Source: Squalus acanthias
Taxonomy: Eukaryota
Assembly: GCA_030390025.1 (NCBI GenBank)
Contig: CM059432.1
Location: 47,308,001-47,372,000, forward strand
Direction of reading: 5' to 3'
Length of the DNA: 64,000 bases
Below, piece by piece: positions 53,510 to 64,000 of this stretch (positions are counted from its first letter, which is position 1; each line of letters opens with the position of its first letter). The notes under the pieces are model-generated. The model was not told the origin of the DNA. It searched no databases and saw only the letters and a program-made list of their open reading frames with translations. Position numbers and translations under genes: made by a program.

Positions 53510-53885
53510 AATAGTGTGATACTGAGCAACATAGATTATGAAGGTTTCAGGTTTGATCCTTGGTTTGTGCTGAATAGTGGATCTCAGCCAAGGTGGTAGT
53601 GGAGGTATAATCCATGTCCTGGGCTGGGCTAGCCTGCTGGTAAATTAACTAGGGTCCTAGCTCCTGACAGCTATCAAGTGACCGTCAATCCCCAGAAAGT
53701 GTCCATCCAATGGCAGTGGGTAGCAACTGGAACAGGTTCAGCCATAATGCCTCTCAGTTGGAACATTCTGTCAACACATACGTGGGCTCATACCTGAAGT
53801 GAGGTGCTGAAGAGCTAAGAGCATCAGTGGTGCCATACCTTAGCATTAGTCATCAAAGCCAGGAGTGGAGAGTTAAGAGGAAAAA
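53510..53885 (+). mobile_element. AmnSINE2-like SINE (degraded)
   Basis: Homologous to 47000-47355. Confidence 0.45.
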
Positions 53886-54407
53886 ATTGTTGTGCTACAT
53901 TTGGAAAGGTATTTTTAAAGCATTAGTAATAGGCATAAGGATCATGCTATTGGTTGCTGTGAGAAGAGACAAGAAAATCAGGTTAGATTAGTTCTGTGAG
54001 GGTTGGGTACCTCAAATGCAGGAGATAACCTCCAAGTTACACGCCATCCTGACCTGGAAGTATATCGCCTTTGCTTCATCGTCACTGGGTCAAAATCTTG
54101 GAACTCCCTTCCTAACAGTATGGAATACCTGCACCACACAGACTGCAGCAGTTCAAGAAGGCAGTTCACCACCACCTTCTCAAGGGCATTTAGAGATGGG
54201 CAATAAGTGCTGGCCTTGCCAGCGACACCCACATCCCACGAATGAATTAAAAAAAGTAATCAATTATTTTGATGGCATATGACAACAAAGTAATGTCACA
54301 TGGACAGTCCCACATCTTACTTGGAATCTCATCATTGCTTTAACCACATTGTAATAACTTTTTAAATGGGGAGAAAGAAGGGGACAAAGTAAATATATGT
54401 TCCATAC

Positions 54408-54459
54408 CTCCACAAAATGGGTTTTCAGGGTTGAAGTTAAGTGGAAACTCGTGTGATAC
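54408..54459 (-). CDS. CPNE3: Copine copy B exon (vWA domain)
   Basis: ttcctgtag|GTA...GGAG|gtatgg; 52 bp. VSHEFPLNFNPENPFCG. Confidence 0.95.
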
Positions 54460-54545
54460 CTACAGGAAAAATGCCACTACATAGTATGACTTGTATATAA
54501 AAATATGATTTTTGAATATCTTTTGTACAAATGATCTATATATAC

Positions 54546-54600
54546 CTGCCAGGTAGGGGGTATTTGTGCACCAAATCCAAATGCTGGGAATAATTTGTCT
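54546..54600 (-). CDS. CPNE3: Copine copy B exon (vWA domain)
   Basis: ttttacag|A...CAG|gtatat; 55 bp, phase 2/0. DKLFPAFGFGAQIPPTWQ; separated from the next exon by an 86-bp intron. Confidence 0.95.
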
Positions 54601-54989
54601 CTGTAAAAGATACAATCATAATTAGATGTCTGCCTATAAATCACTGGAGAAAGAATGCATGAGCGAGGATAAGTCATTCGAGTAGCGACATATAATAAAT
54701 ATCTCCACAAGTTAGAAACCAGATAACCAAATTGTGGTACACAAATTATTGCATATACTAATCTTACTTCATTGCTGCTCCAAACATATTTTAATTATAC
54801 AACACTTCACAACAGTTTCATTATATTCAGAGCTATTAGGAGGGAAGAAGCCACTTCAATAACAACCCTCTCAAAAGATAACTGGTCATCTTGAAAATCC
54901 CCTTTACAATAATTAATTACTAAATGTACATGGTTGACTGAAACCTAAATACAATCTATGTCAGCTAACTGTTCAACTGAAGCTAATCC

Positions 54990-57520
54990 ATAGAATATAC
55001 ACAACACAGAAACAGGCCATTCAGCCCAACTAGTTTGTGCTGCTGTTTATACTGCATGAGTCTACTCCCATTCCATCGACTTCATCTCAGCCTTTCAGCA
55101 TATCTTTTGTTCGCTTTTCTCTCCTATACTGGTCTAGTTTCCTTTTGAAAGCATCTGAGCTATTTGCCTCAACCACTTCCTGTGGTAGTGAGTTCCACTT
55201 TCTAACCACTCTCTGAATAAAGAAATTTCTCCTTATATCCCTATTGGATTTATTAGTAACTATCTTGTATTTATGGCCCTTAGTTTTGGATTCTCCCACA
55301 AGTGGCAACATTCTCTCCACATCTACCCGGTCCAACCCACTCAATTTTAAAGGCCTCTATCAGGTCACCTCTAAGTCATCTCTTTTCTAAAGAAAAAAGT
55401 CCCAACTTGTTCAATCTTTCTCCGATAGCTGTAATCTCTCAGTTCTGGTTCCATCCTTATAAATCTTTATTGCACATTCTCCAGTGCCTCTATGTCCCTT
55501 TTATAGTATAGAGACCAGAACTGTGCACAGTACTTTTAAGTGCAACCTGACCAGGGTCCTATACAAGTTTAACATAACTTCACCACTTTTGAATTCTATG
55601 GGGGAAAAATTCAGTCGCGCCCCATTTGGGGCGCAAATATCATCCGGGCGCAAAAATTAGCGCCTGGCGCTAATTATCGCCACTGACTGGAAACTTCACT
55701 TTTAACGCCCCGGGAGGTGAGTGGAGCGCTAAATCAGGCGCTGCACACCTGTCTTAAGGCGCAAAGGCCGAGGAGTGAGGCGCTAACTCAGAGCGCTGGC
55801 GAAGCTCATGTAATGTCAGTCAGCAATGGAACACACACACAATGGCACGGGCCAGTTCTTAAAGGGGATGGTTAATCTTGCTTTCCATCCACATCCTACT
55901 CATTGCAGCCTTGAATCTCGGCCTGGAGAGACTTGCACATCAAATGTGCTGGAAAGAACAATGGAGAGTACCAGGCAAAGAGCTCAGAGTGCAGCCCCCA
56001 CAGTCTCTGCTAAATCAATACAAGGAATGGAAAATCAAAATGAACCTGCAAAGTGCTGCTCAGTACCCAAAACTCCTTCATACAACATTGAATCTCTCCA
56101 GAAGTCTCTCCCTCTCTCTCTCAGAATGCGCAGTTCAAAAATGGCACCAACAATAAAAGGCAGGAAGCGGTCACCTTTAAATAGCACTCCCCCTTTCCCT
56201 TCATGACTGCAGAACGCTCCCCTCAACCTGTCGTTGCTAGCGTCAGGCGGTAAGGCAGGGGGCGCCACTCAATATCCGCTCCGGGGCGATACCGGGGCGT
56301 TGCACACTCGAGTGACGTCATGATCTGCCGGCGCAGGAGATCGTGGCGGTAGTGTTTAGCGCCGCCGCAAAATGTCTAGTTAATTTCGCGAGCGGCGCAA
56401 ACTTCGCCGTGCCCGGGCGCTAGATGCTTTGCGCCCCATTAGCGCCCTTTTAAGGCGCTAACGGGAGGCGCAACCAACTGAATTTTTCCCCCTATATCCC
56501 TAGAAATAAATCCCAGTGCTTGGTTAGCAGTTTTAATTGCTTTGCTGACCTGCAATGCTGCTTTTAATGATTTGTTCATCTAGATCTCTTTGCTCTTCTA
56601 CCCCATTCAGTTTCTTATTTTCTAAGGTGCAGGTGAGGTTTCTATTTTTCCTACCAAAGAGCATCACCTCACATTTATCTGTTAAAGTTCATTTGCCACT
56701 TAACTGCCCAGTCTGCAAGTTTTCTAATTGTCTTCTTGTATTATGTTGCATTCCTCCTCAGTGTTAGCTATACCCCTAATTTGGTATCATCTGCAAATTT
56801 TGATAGAGTTACTTGTTCCCAAATCCAAATCATTAATCTAAATTAGGAATAACAGTGGTCCCAGCACTGATCCTTGTGCGACACCGCTTTCTACCTTCCT
56901 CCAATCTGAATAACTAGCTTTTACCCCAACTCTCTGCTTTCTATTTTTTAGCCAATTTGCTATCCATTCACCTATTTGTCCCGACTCCACATGCCCTAAC
57001 CTTTGTCATGAACCGACCATGTGGTACCTTATCGAAGGCCTTTTGAAAATCCAAGTATATGACATCTACTGCATTATCTTGGTCTACTCTTTCAGTTATC
57101 TCTTCAAAAAATTCTATCACCTACCCTTTCGGAATGCATGCTGACTATTTATTATATTTTCTGTCTCTAGATGCTGTTCCATTACTTCTTTTAGTATCTT
57201 TCCTATCACTGATGTTAAGCTGACTGGTCTATAGTTCCATCTACCTTTTCATATATTAGGAACAATATTAGCTGTCCTCTGGCACTATCCCCTCTTCTAT
57301 GGAATGTGTGGGCATACATACATATTATATACACGAATATGCGCATTCAATTTTCTTTTAGTTCTTTATTCATCCACAGTGCTTCATAATTAATTAGAGT
57401 GCTGGTTTTTGATTTTTAGTGGAATACATCTCTCTTGAACTCTATTGATTACCCTTTTCAAGATTTCCCACTGTTTTTCTGTCTTTTTGTTTTTCAAGAT
57501 TTTCTCCCAGTTTACTCCAA
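54990..57520 (-). mobile_element. Degraded CR1 fragment hosting a MITE
   Basis: RT-region remnants (ORF 55087-55344; VYLDFQKAFDKVPH-coding near 57030-57065). Confidence 0.8.
55600..56492. mobile_element. 893-bp PIF/Harbinger-type MITE
   Basis: Perfect 16-bp TIRs GGGGGAAAAATTCAGT and 3-bp TSD TAT (55597-55599 and 56493-56495). CpG-rich arms with repeated GCGCTAA motifs. Confidence 0.85.
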
Positions 57521-57524
57521 TTAT

Positions 57525-57805
57525 ATAGAGTCTTGGCAAGACCACACCTGGAATACTGTGTACAGTTTTGGTCTCCTTACCCAAGGAAGGATATACTTGC
57601 CTTAGAGGGAGTGCAACGTAGGTTTACTAGACTGATTCCTGGGATGAGGGGATTGTCCCATGAGGAGAGATTGAGTAGACTAGGCCTATATTCTCTAGAC
57701 TTTAGAAGAATGAGAGGTGATCTCATTGAAACATATAAAATTCTTAAGGGACTTGACAGGGTAGATACTGGGAAGATGTTTCCCCTGGCTGGGGAGTCTA
57801 GAACT
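57525..57805 (+). mobile_element. CR1 RT C-terminal fragment fused to Penelope
   Basis: [13 protein letters not shown]...GESRT, ending abruptly at 57805. Confidence 0.85.
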
Positions 57806-59699
57806 CCACACAGCCTGCTTCTACCTCCTTCCCAAGATCCACAAATAGGACTGCCCTGGTAGACCCATCCTTTCAGCCTGTTCTTGTCCCACGGAACTTA
57901 CCTTTTCCTATCTCGACATTATTTTTCTCTACTTGTCCAGTCTCTTCCCACCTACATCCGCGACTCTTCTCTGACGCCCTCTGCCACTTTAACAGTTTCC
58001 TGGCCCCAACCGTCTCCTTTTCACTATGGACGTCCAATCCCTCTACACCTCCATCCCCCACCAGGATGGCCCGAGGGCGCTCCGCTTCTTCCTTGATCAG
58101 AGTCCAACCAGTCCCTTCCACCACCACCCTCCTTCACCTGGCTGAACCTCTTCTCACATTGAACAACTTCTCCTTTGACTCCACTCACTTCCTCCAAATT
58201 ATGGGAACCCGCATGGGTCCTAGCTATGCCTGCCTTTTCGTGGGATATGTGGAACATTCTTTGTTCCAGTCCTACTCGGGTCCCCTCCCTCATCTCTTTT
58301 TCCGTTACATTGATGACCGTATCGGTGCCGTTTCCGCCCTGAACTAGAAAATTTTATTCACTTTGCTTCCAATTTCCACCCTTCCCTCACCTTCACATGG
58401 TCCATCTCCGACTCTTCCCTTCCCTTCCTCGACTTCTCTGTCTCCATCTCTGGGGATAGGCTACTGACAAACATTCACTATAAGCCCACTGACTCCCACA
58501 GCTACCTGGACTACACTTCCTCCCATGCCGCTTCTTGTAAGGACTCTATTCCATTCTCCCAGTTTCTCTATCTCCGCTGCATCTGCTCTGACGATGCCAC
58601 CTTCCATACTAGTGCTTCAGACATGTCTTCCTTTTTCCTCAACCGAGGATTCCCCTCTACCATGGTGGACACGGCCCTTGACCATGTCCGTTCTATTTCC
58701 CGCACTTCTGCCCTCACCCCTTCCCCTCCCTCCCGGAACCATGATAGGGTTCCCCTTGTCCTCACCTTTCACCCCACCAGCCTCCACATTCAACAGATCA
58801 TCCTCCGCCAATTCCGCCACCTCCAGCGTGATCCCACCACCAAACACATCTTCCCCCTCACCTCCCCTTTCAGCATTCCGAAGGGACCACTTCCTCCGTG
58901 ACACCCTGGTCCACTCCTCTATCACCCCCAACACCCCTTCCCCTTCGCCCGGCATCTTCCCGTGCAACACCTGCCCTTTTACCTCCTCCCTTCCTAATGT
59001 CCAGGGCCCCAAACACTCCTTCCAGGTAAAGTAGCGATTTGCTTGTACTTCTTGCAATTTAGTATACTGTATTCGCTGCTCACGATGCGGTCTCCTCTAC
59101 ATTGGGGAGACCAAATGCAGATTGGGTGACCGCTTTGCGGACCACCTCCGTTCAGTCCGTAAGGGTGACCCCGAGCTTCCGGTCGCCTGTCACTTTGATT
59201 CTCCGCTCCACTCCCACTCTGACCTCAAGGAATAGCACCTTATCTTTCGATTAGGCACTTTACAGCCTTCTGGACTCAACATTGAGTTCAACAATTTCAG
59301 ACCATAACCTCCGCCCCTATCATTTTTTTTTCTCTCTCACATGGCAGCTGTTGATCATCCTGCCATTGCCATTTACACTTCATCTAGAGTCATCTTTTGT
59401 TTCTTAACTTGTCCCATTACCATCTCCTTTTGCCTTGCACCATCATCCCTTTTGTCTCAATCTTTCCTGCCTTCCATCCTATCACAGACCTTCCCCTTTC
59501 CTCCCCTCCCCCCTCTCCCTGCTCCTACACTTGCTTAAAAACCTGTTACATCACCAACTTTTTACAGTTCTGACGAAGGGTCATCGACCTGAAACGTTAA
59601 CTCTGTTTCTCTCTACAGATGCTGCCTGACCTGCTGAGTATTTCCAGCATTTTCTGTTTTTATTTCAGATTTCCAGCATCCGCAGTATTTTGCTTTTGT
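57806..59699 (+). mobile_element. Penelope-like retroelement (5'-truncated, frameshifted)
   Basis: RT motifs MGTRMGPSYA and RYIDD; GIY-YIG endonuclease NLVYCIRCSRCGLLYIGETK at ~59056-59115; 3' terminus with hammerhead. Confidence 0.92.
59566..59602 (+). ncRNA. Minimal type I hammerhead ribozyme in the Penelope 3' terminus
   Basis: AGTT-CTGACGA-AG-GGTC-ATC-GACC-T-GAAA-CGTT-AACT: core boxes, stem II GGTC/GACC, palindromic AACGTT stem III, stem I AGTT/AACT. Confidence 0.8.
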
Positions 59700-59783
59700 A
59701 TTATAATTTTCTATGGTAGTTTTGAGGAGAAACTTCATAAAATGGAACTGTAAATTGACAAAAAAAATTAAAGGAATGCATTA

Positions 59784-59981
<198 letters not shown>

Positions 59982-60214
59982 TTAGGTTAACATTCATCTT
60001 CCTAAACAAATTATATTTAACAAGAAAATTTATGGTCAGAATTAAGGCAGAGTGTAATTTTTAAATGATCTGTAATGGCAACTGTTTTTCTATTTAACAT
60101 CAATTAATGTTAATTTACTAATTGTTTTACTAGGATACTTAGACTAACATCCCTGTAAATTGAATATCATGCAGCATTTATACAGGTAATTTACCCGCTC
60201 AGTAAGCTTTTTTT

Positions 60215-60566
60215 AAATTCATTCAAGGGGTGTGGGCATCGCTGGCAGGCATTTATTGCCCATCCCTAATTGCCCTCGAGGTGGTGGTGGTGAGACGCTA
60301 TTTCAGAGGGCAGTTAAGAGTCAACCACATTGCTGTGGGTCTGGAGTCACATATAGGCCAGACCGGGTAAGGACGGCAGATTTCCTTCCCTAAAAGACAT
60401 TAGTGAACCAGATGCGTTTTTACGACAATCCGGTAGTTTCACTGTCTGATTATTACTGATGCTCGCTTTTCTTTTCCAGATTTATTTATTTAACTGAATT
60501 TAAATTCCACAGTTGCTGTGGTGGGATTTGAACTTATTAGTCCAGTAACATAACCGCTAAGCTACA
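60215..60566 (-). mobile_element. tRNA-headed SINE with RTE-X-like 3' tail
   Basis: Head gtagcttagcggtt...gttcaaatccc; tail (gggcaattagggatgggcaataaatgc) shared with the 8525-9215 family. Confidence 0.7.
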
Positions 60567-60888
60567 GTACTGGGATATAACTGCTTACAGATTAATTTTT
60601 CTGACATGGTATCCACCAGAAAAGAAAGTCATTGTGGGATAAAAAGGGAGGACAAAGAAAAGACAGGGTATACACAAAATAGAAAACCAAAAACAAAGAA
60701 AATGAATGTCAAAAGAAGGAATTCTACATGAACAAGAGTTATTAATACTACTCGAATATCAATTCTAGGTTCTTTCAAATATCAATTGTGTTTGTATATA
60801 TTTCATATTGATCTGCTTTGAGAATCAGAATAGACTGAGCAATGATCAAATTTACATTTATTAGCTTCACCAATGATGTTTTACTCAC

Positions 60889-60948
60889 AATGAAGTTCAG
60901 CTGACAGCCACCCATAATGTAATCCAGGAAAGAGTACTCTTTCACGAT
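60889..60948 (-). CDS. CPNE3: Copine copy B exon (C2B-vWA linker)
   Basis: atttgcag|ATC...ATT|gtgagt; 60 bp. IVKEYSFLDYIMGGCQLNFI. Confidence 0.95.
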
Positions 60949-62419
60949 CTGCAAATTAGATTTTTAAAGAACTAAAACAATGTTGTTTTATCTCAGGTAA
61001 ATAATGTTTTCCAGAGGAAATTTCTGGAAGCATTTCTGTGAGAGGAAGATTGGACCTTTACAAAGGATTGTAAGCCCCACCTCTGACACCCACTTTCTAA
61101 CAGATGCAAAAATTGCTGATTGAATTATACTATTTGAAAATAAAATTACATTTTATTAAAGTTGACGTGTTTATTCATAGTTTCAGAGAGGCAAAACATA
61201 TATTTATTTATGCAGCTGTCTCCAAGGAAAACAATATTCTTCCAGGAACCAGTCACAAAATAATTAATTCAATGTTTCCAGAGATCCATTAGAAACTTAC
61301 AAACCAGTTCTGTCAGATCCAGGACCTTCCCAATCTCCATTAGACACTTTCCATTTCCCCCTCCCTCTACTAATAGACCCTAGGAATTCACAGTGGTTAT
61401 GCTTATTTTGGTGAGTTTTGAAAGTGGATGGGTCATGAAGCAGGAAAAATAACAACACCAGCAGCAGTACTAAAACAACACCAACATCAGGAGCAGGTGT
61501 AGGAAAAGAAACACAAAGAACAGGAGCAGGGCTAAAAACAGCAGTGATGTACTTAAGTACACAAAAACCATGAGCGGGAATCAGTTACAAAAAAACAAAG
61601 GACTAAAACAAACACACACAAGCTGTGGGTTGAACAAATACACTGGGAGCAAAACTTAAAAAACAGGAATAGGAGTTTTAAAAAGAGAGTTAACAGCCAT
61701 AGAAACTATAAAGATTCACAGTAAAGGAGGCAGCCATTCTGCACATCATATCTGTGCCAGCTCTTTGCTAGAGCAATCCAAAAATAATCCCACTGCCCTG
61801 CTCTCTCCCCATAGCCTTATATCTATCTCTATTTCAAACATTTATCCAATGTTCCTACAAAAAGGAGCAAATGGTGACGGTGTCTCATCTCCTCCCACAT
61901 CACCATTTCACTATTCACCCACAATGAATCCTATTGTCCCAACATCCCTACCACCTCGTACCCACCCCTTACCCCGACACTTCCTAAAATTCGCAAATTT
62001 CCAAACTCTTCTCTTAGCACTTAGCAGCAAAACAAGCTTTCAGTTTTCTAAAATGCTTACATTGTATTTGAGCAAATACAGAATAATTAGTTTATAAAAC
62101 TCAGCACCAGTTCAACCCTGGCACGAAATGCAGTCACAAACCAAAAGGCTGATGGGTGGTGGATGGCATTCTGGCAGCTGCAATTTGAGAGAGGACGCTT
62201 GATCTATACCCTGCCCCACATGATTCTTAGACCACTCCCTTCACTCCTACTCACCCTCCAGTCCTAAATTCCAGCTTTAAAAAAAAACCAAAAAGCCCAT
62301 TTGCCCAGCAGTGAGCTGGGAAACACAAGTTTTTTTAAAAAATTCCCCCAAAACTCTGCTGGTTTCTTGGGTTACACTGACAGACCAGTAGGGAGATGCA
62401 TCAGATGAGAGATCGGACG

Positions 62420-62790
62420 GCTTAAACATTCACTCCCTCCACCACCGGCACACCGTGGCTGCAGTATGTACCATCTACAAGATGCACTGCAGCAACTCGC
62501 CAAGGCTTCTTCAACAGCACCTCCCAAACACAAGGGCAGCAGGCACATGGTAACACCACCACCTGCAAGTTCCCCACCATCCTGACTTGGAAATATATCG
62601 CCATTCCTTCACAGTCACTGGGTCAAAATCCTAGAACTCCCTCCCTAACAGCAATATGGGAGAACCTTCACCACATGGACTGCAACGGTTCAAGGCGGCT
62701 GCTCACCACCACCATCTCAAGGGCAATTCGTGATGCGCAATAAATGCTAGCCTTGCCAGCGACGCCCACATCCCGTGAACAAGAAAATTA
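62420..62790 (+). mobile_element. RTE-X-like LINE 3' fragment (related copies at 52530-52850 and 54025-54255)
   Basis: Homologous to the reverse complement of 8540-8910. Confidence 0.75.
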
Positions 62791-63793
62791 AAAAAAGGAT
62801 GGAACACAGGTTACAGCTCAAGGCTGATGCCGGTGTTGGGTAGGTCAGAAGCCTGAAGCATGAGGTTTGAGACGTGTAGCCAGAGGCTCAAAACATCAAT
62901 AGGGCAGGAGATGACAGCAGTGGGAACGGGCAGGCAGGCAGGCCAAAATCTGAAATTTCCAATGGGGTAGGTAGCAGTGGAAGTAGGCAGGTAGAGGAAA
63001 TGGGCCCAGTGAGCCAGGTCCCAAATCTGAACACGATAGCCAGTGGGAGCAGTGGAGATTGAGCAGCAGCAGAGCCTTGGGTGGGAACATTACTCCTGTT
63101 AGTTGAGTTGGAGCTACCTCTGGTGCTCAACAGAGGGATCCAGCCAGGGCTGCAGGGTGGTTTTCTGGTGATGGACAGTGGGTTGCGGAGCCACAGGGCA
63201 GTAACAGAAAACAATGTGGAAGAGGTGGCATACCACCTTACATACCACTCATCACCTCTCCATGTCCTCTCATCCGCCTTCTCCTCCACATCATCTCACC
63301 GCCATCCCACCCCTCCTCCCTGACCCTTGCCTCTCTTTCTTTCCGACATTTCTTCTCCTCTTTCCTACCCTCCCCTCCTCTGTCAGCATTTCCCCTACAC
63401 CATCTCCCTCCCCTGCTCTTTCTCCCAGGCCTTGATGTCCCCTTCTCTCCCCTCTGCCCCTTCCCCATATACTACAGTTAACCCTCCCACCAGGCCTGCT
63501 GCATCAGCCTCACCTGTTTTCCAGCACTGAGCTGGGAAAACAACAGCTTAGTTTCTAAAGCATCATTATGCTTATAATGTATTTGCTAAATATACAGCCA
63601 GCAAATACATTGTCAGCATAAAAAACTAAGCTGCTGACTCAATGCTGCAAAAATCGGCAAAGACGCAGCAGCAGTCCTGGGGACAGGAAACAGAGCTGCT
63701 GAGGCCCAAGGGAGCCATTGGGGGTGAGTGATGGAAGGTAAGCAGCAGCTGAGGCTTCAGACACAAGGCAGCAAACAGAGCAATGGTTGAGGC

Positions 63794-63794
<1 letters not shown>

Positions 63795-63825
<31 letters not shown>
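63795..63825. repeat. (GA)n microsatellite
   Basis: About 15 GA units. Confidence 0.95.
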
Positions 63826-63828
<3 letters not shown>

Positions 63829-63985
63829 GGAGGCACAGAGCAAGAGAGGGACAGAGAAGAGAAATCAGAAAGCAACAGGAGAGATGAGAGAAAGAAAGAA
63901 AATAAAAAGAATGTACGAAGCAATCATTGCAACAGTCAGAATAAAGCCCTTCATCAATAATCAGATAAGGGCCAACATTTCTTAC

Positions 63986-64000
63986 CTGGCATAATTTGAA
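63986..64000 (-). CDS. CPNE3: Copine copy B exon (end of C2B), truncated by the window edge
   Basis: TTC AAA TTA TGC CAG|gtaaga = FKLCQ, phase 0, equivalent to the end of the copine C2B exon (VKQCE in CPNE3). Confidence 0.75.

Noticed and set aside
55826..56268. ORFs inside the Harbinger MITE as transposase or Myb protein
   Set aside because: No recognisable DDE or Myb/SANT motif; probably chance ORFs or heavily decayed remnants.
62826..62850. Second copy of the hairpin element head (gatgccggtgttgg)
   Set aside because: Only 14 bp match, with no palindrome or hammerhead nearby.
62888..63923. Cluster of short ORFs in purine/pyrimidine-skewed sequence
   Set aside because: Low-complexity intronic sequence with a (GA)n repeat and no protein motifs.

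Overview
Eukaryotic, repeat-rich vertebrate DNA. The repeat repertoire (CR1, L2, RTE-X-like and Penelope retroelements; Deu-domain and AmnSINE2-like SINEs) suggests a cartilaginous fish; this is inference from recalled repeat families. The only host genes are two copine genes (CPNE1/CPNE3 subfamily) in tandem on the minus strand. Copy B contributes its last eight coding exons (end of C2B plus the vWA domain, 64000->44142, stop at 44142) and an AT-rich 3' region. Copy A has a CpG-rich putative promoter at about 30.5-31.6 kb and its first two coding exons (C2A) at 8059-7931 and 526-347. Much of the rest is nested mobile DNA. The best leads are: (1) a TSD-flanked 199-bp non-coding hairpin element carrying a minimal hammerhead ribozyme (5286-5484), together with a Penelope element whose 3' end carries the same class of hammerhead (59566-59602) and two decayed Penelope tails; (2) a 1.46-kb solo LTR with a 4-bp TSD and foamy-virus-like layout (34293-35754), pointing towards copine A; (3) a full-length CR1 with an inverted CR1 nested inside it, giving a ~1.9-kb-arm inverted repeat, plus a junction minisatellite. 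Exon boundaries were read by hand from splice sites. Repeat family names come from memory and need a Dfam/Repbase check.
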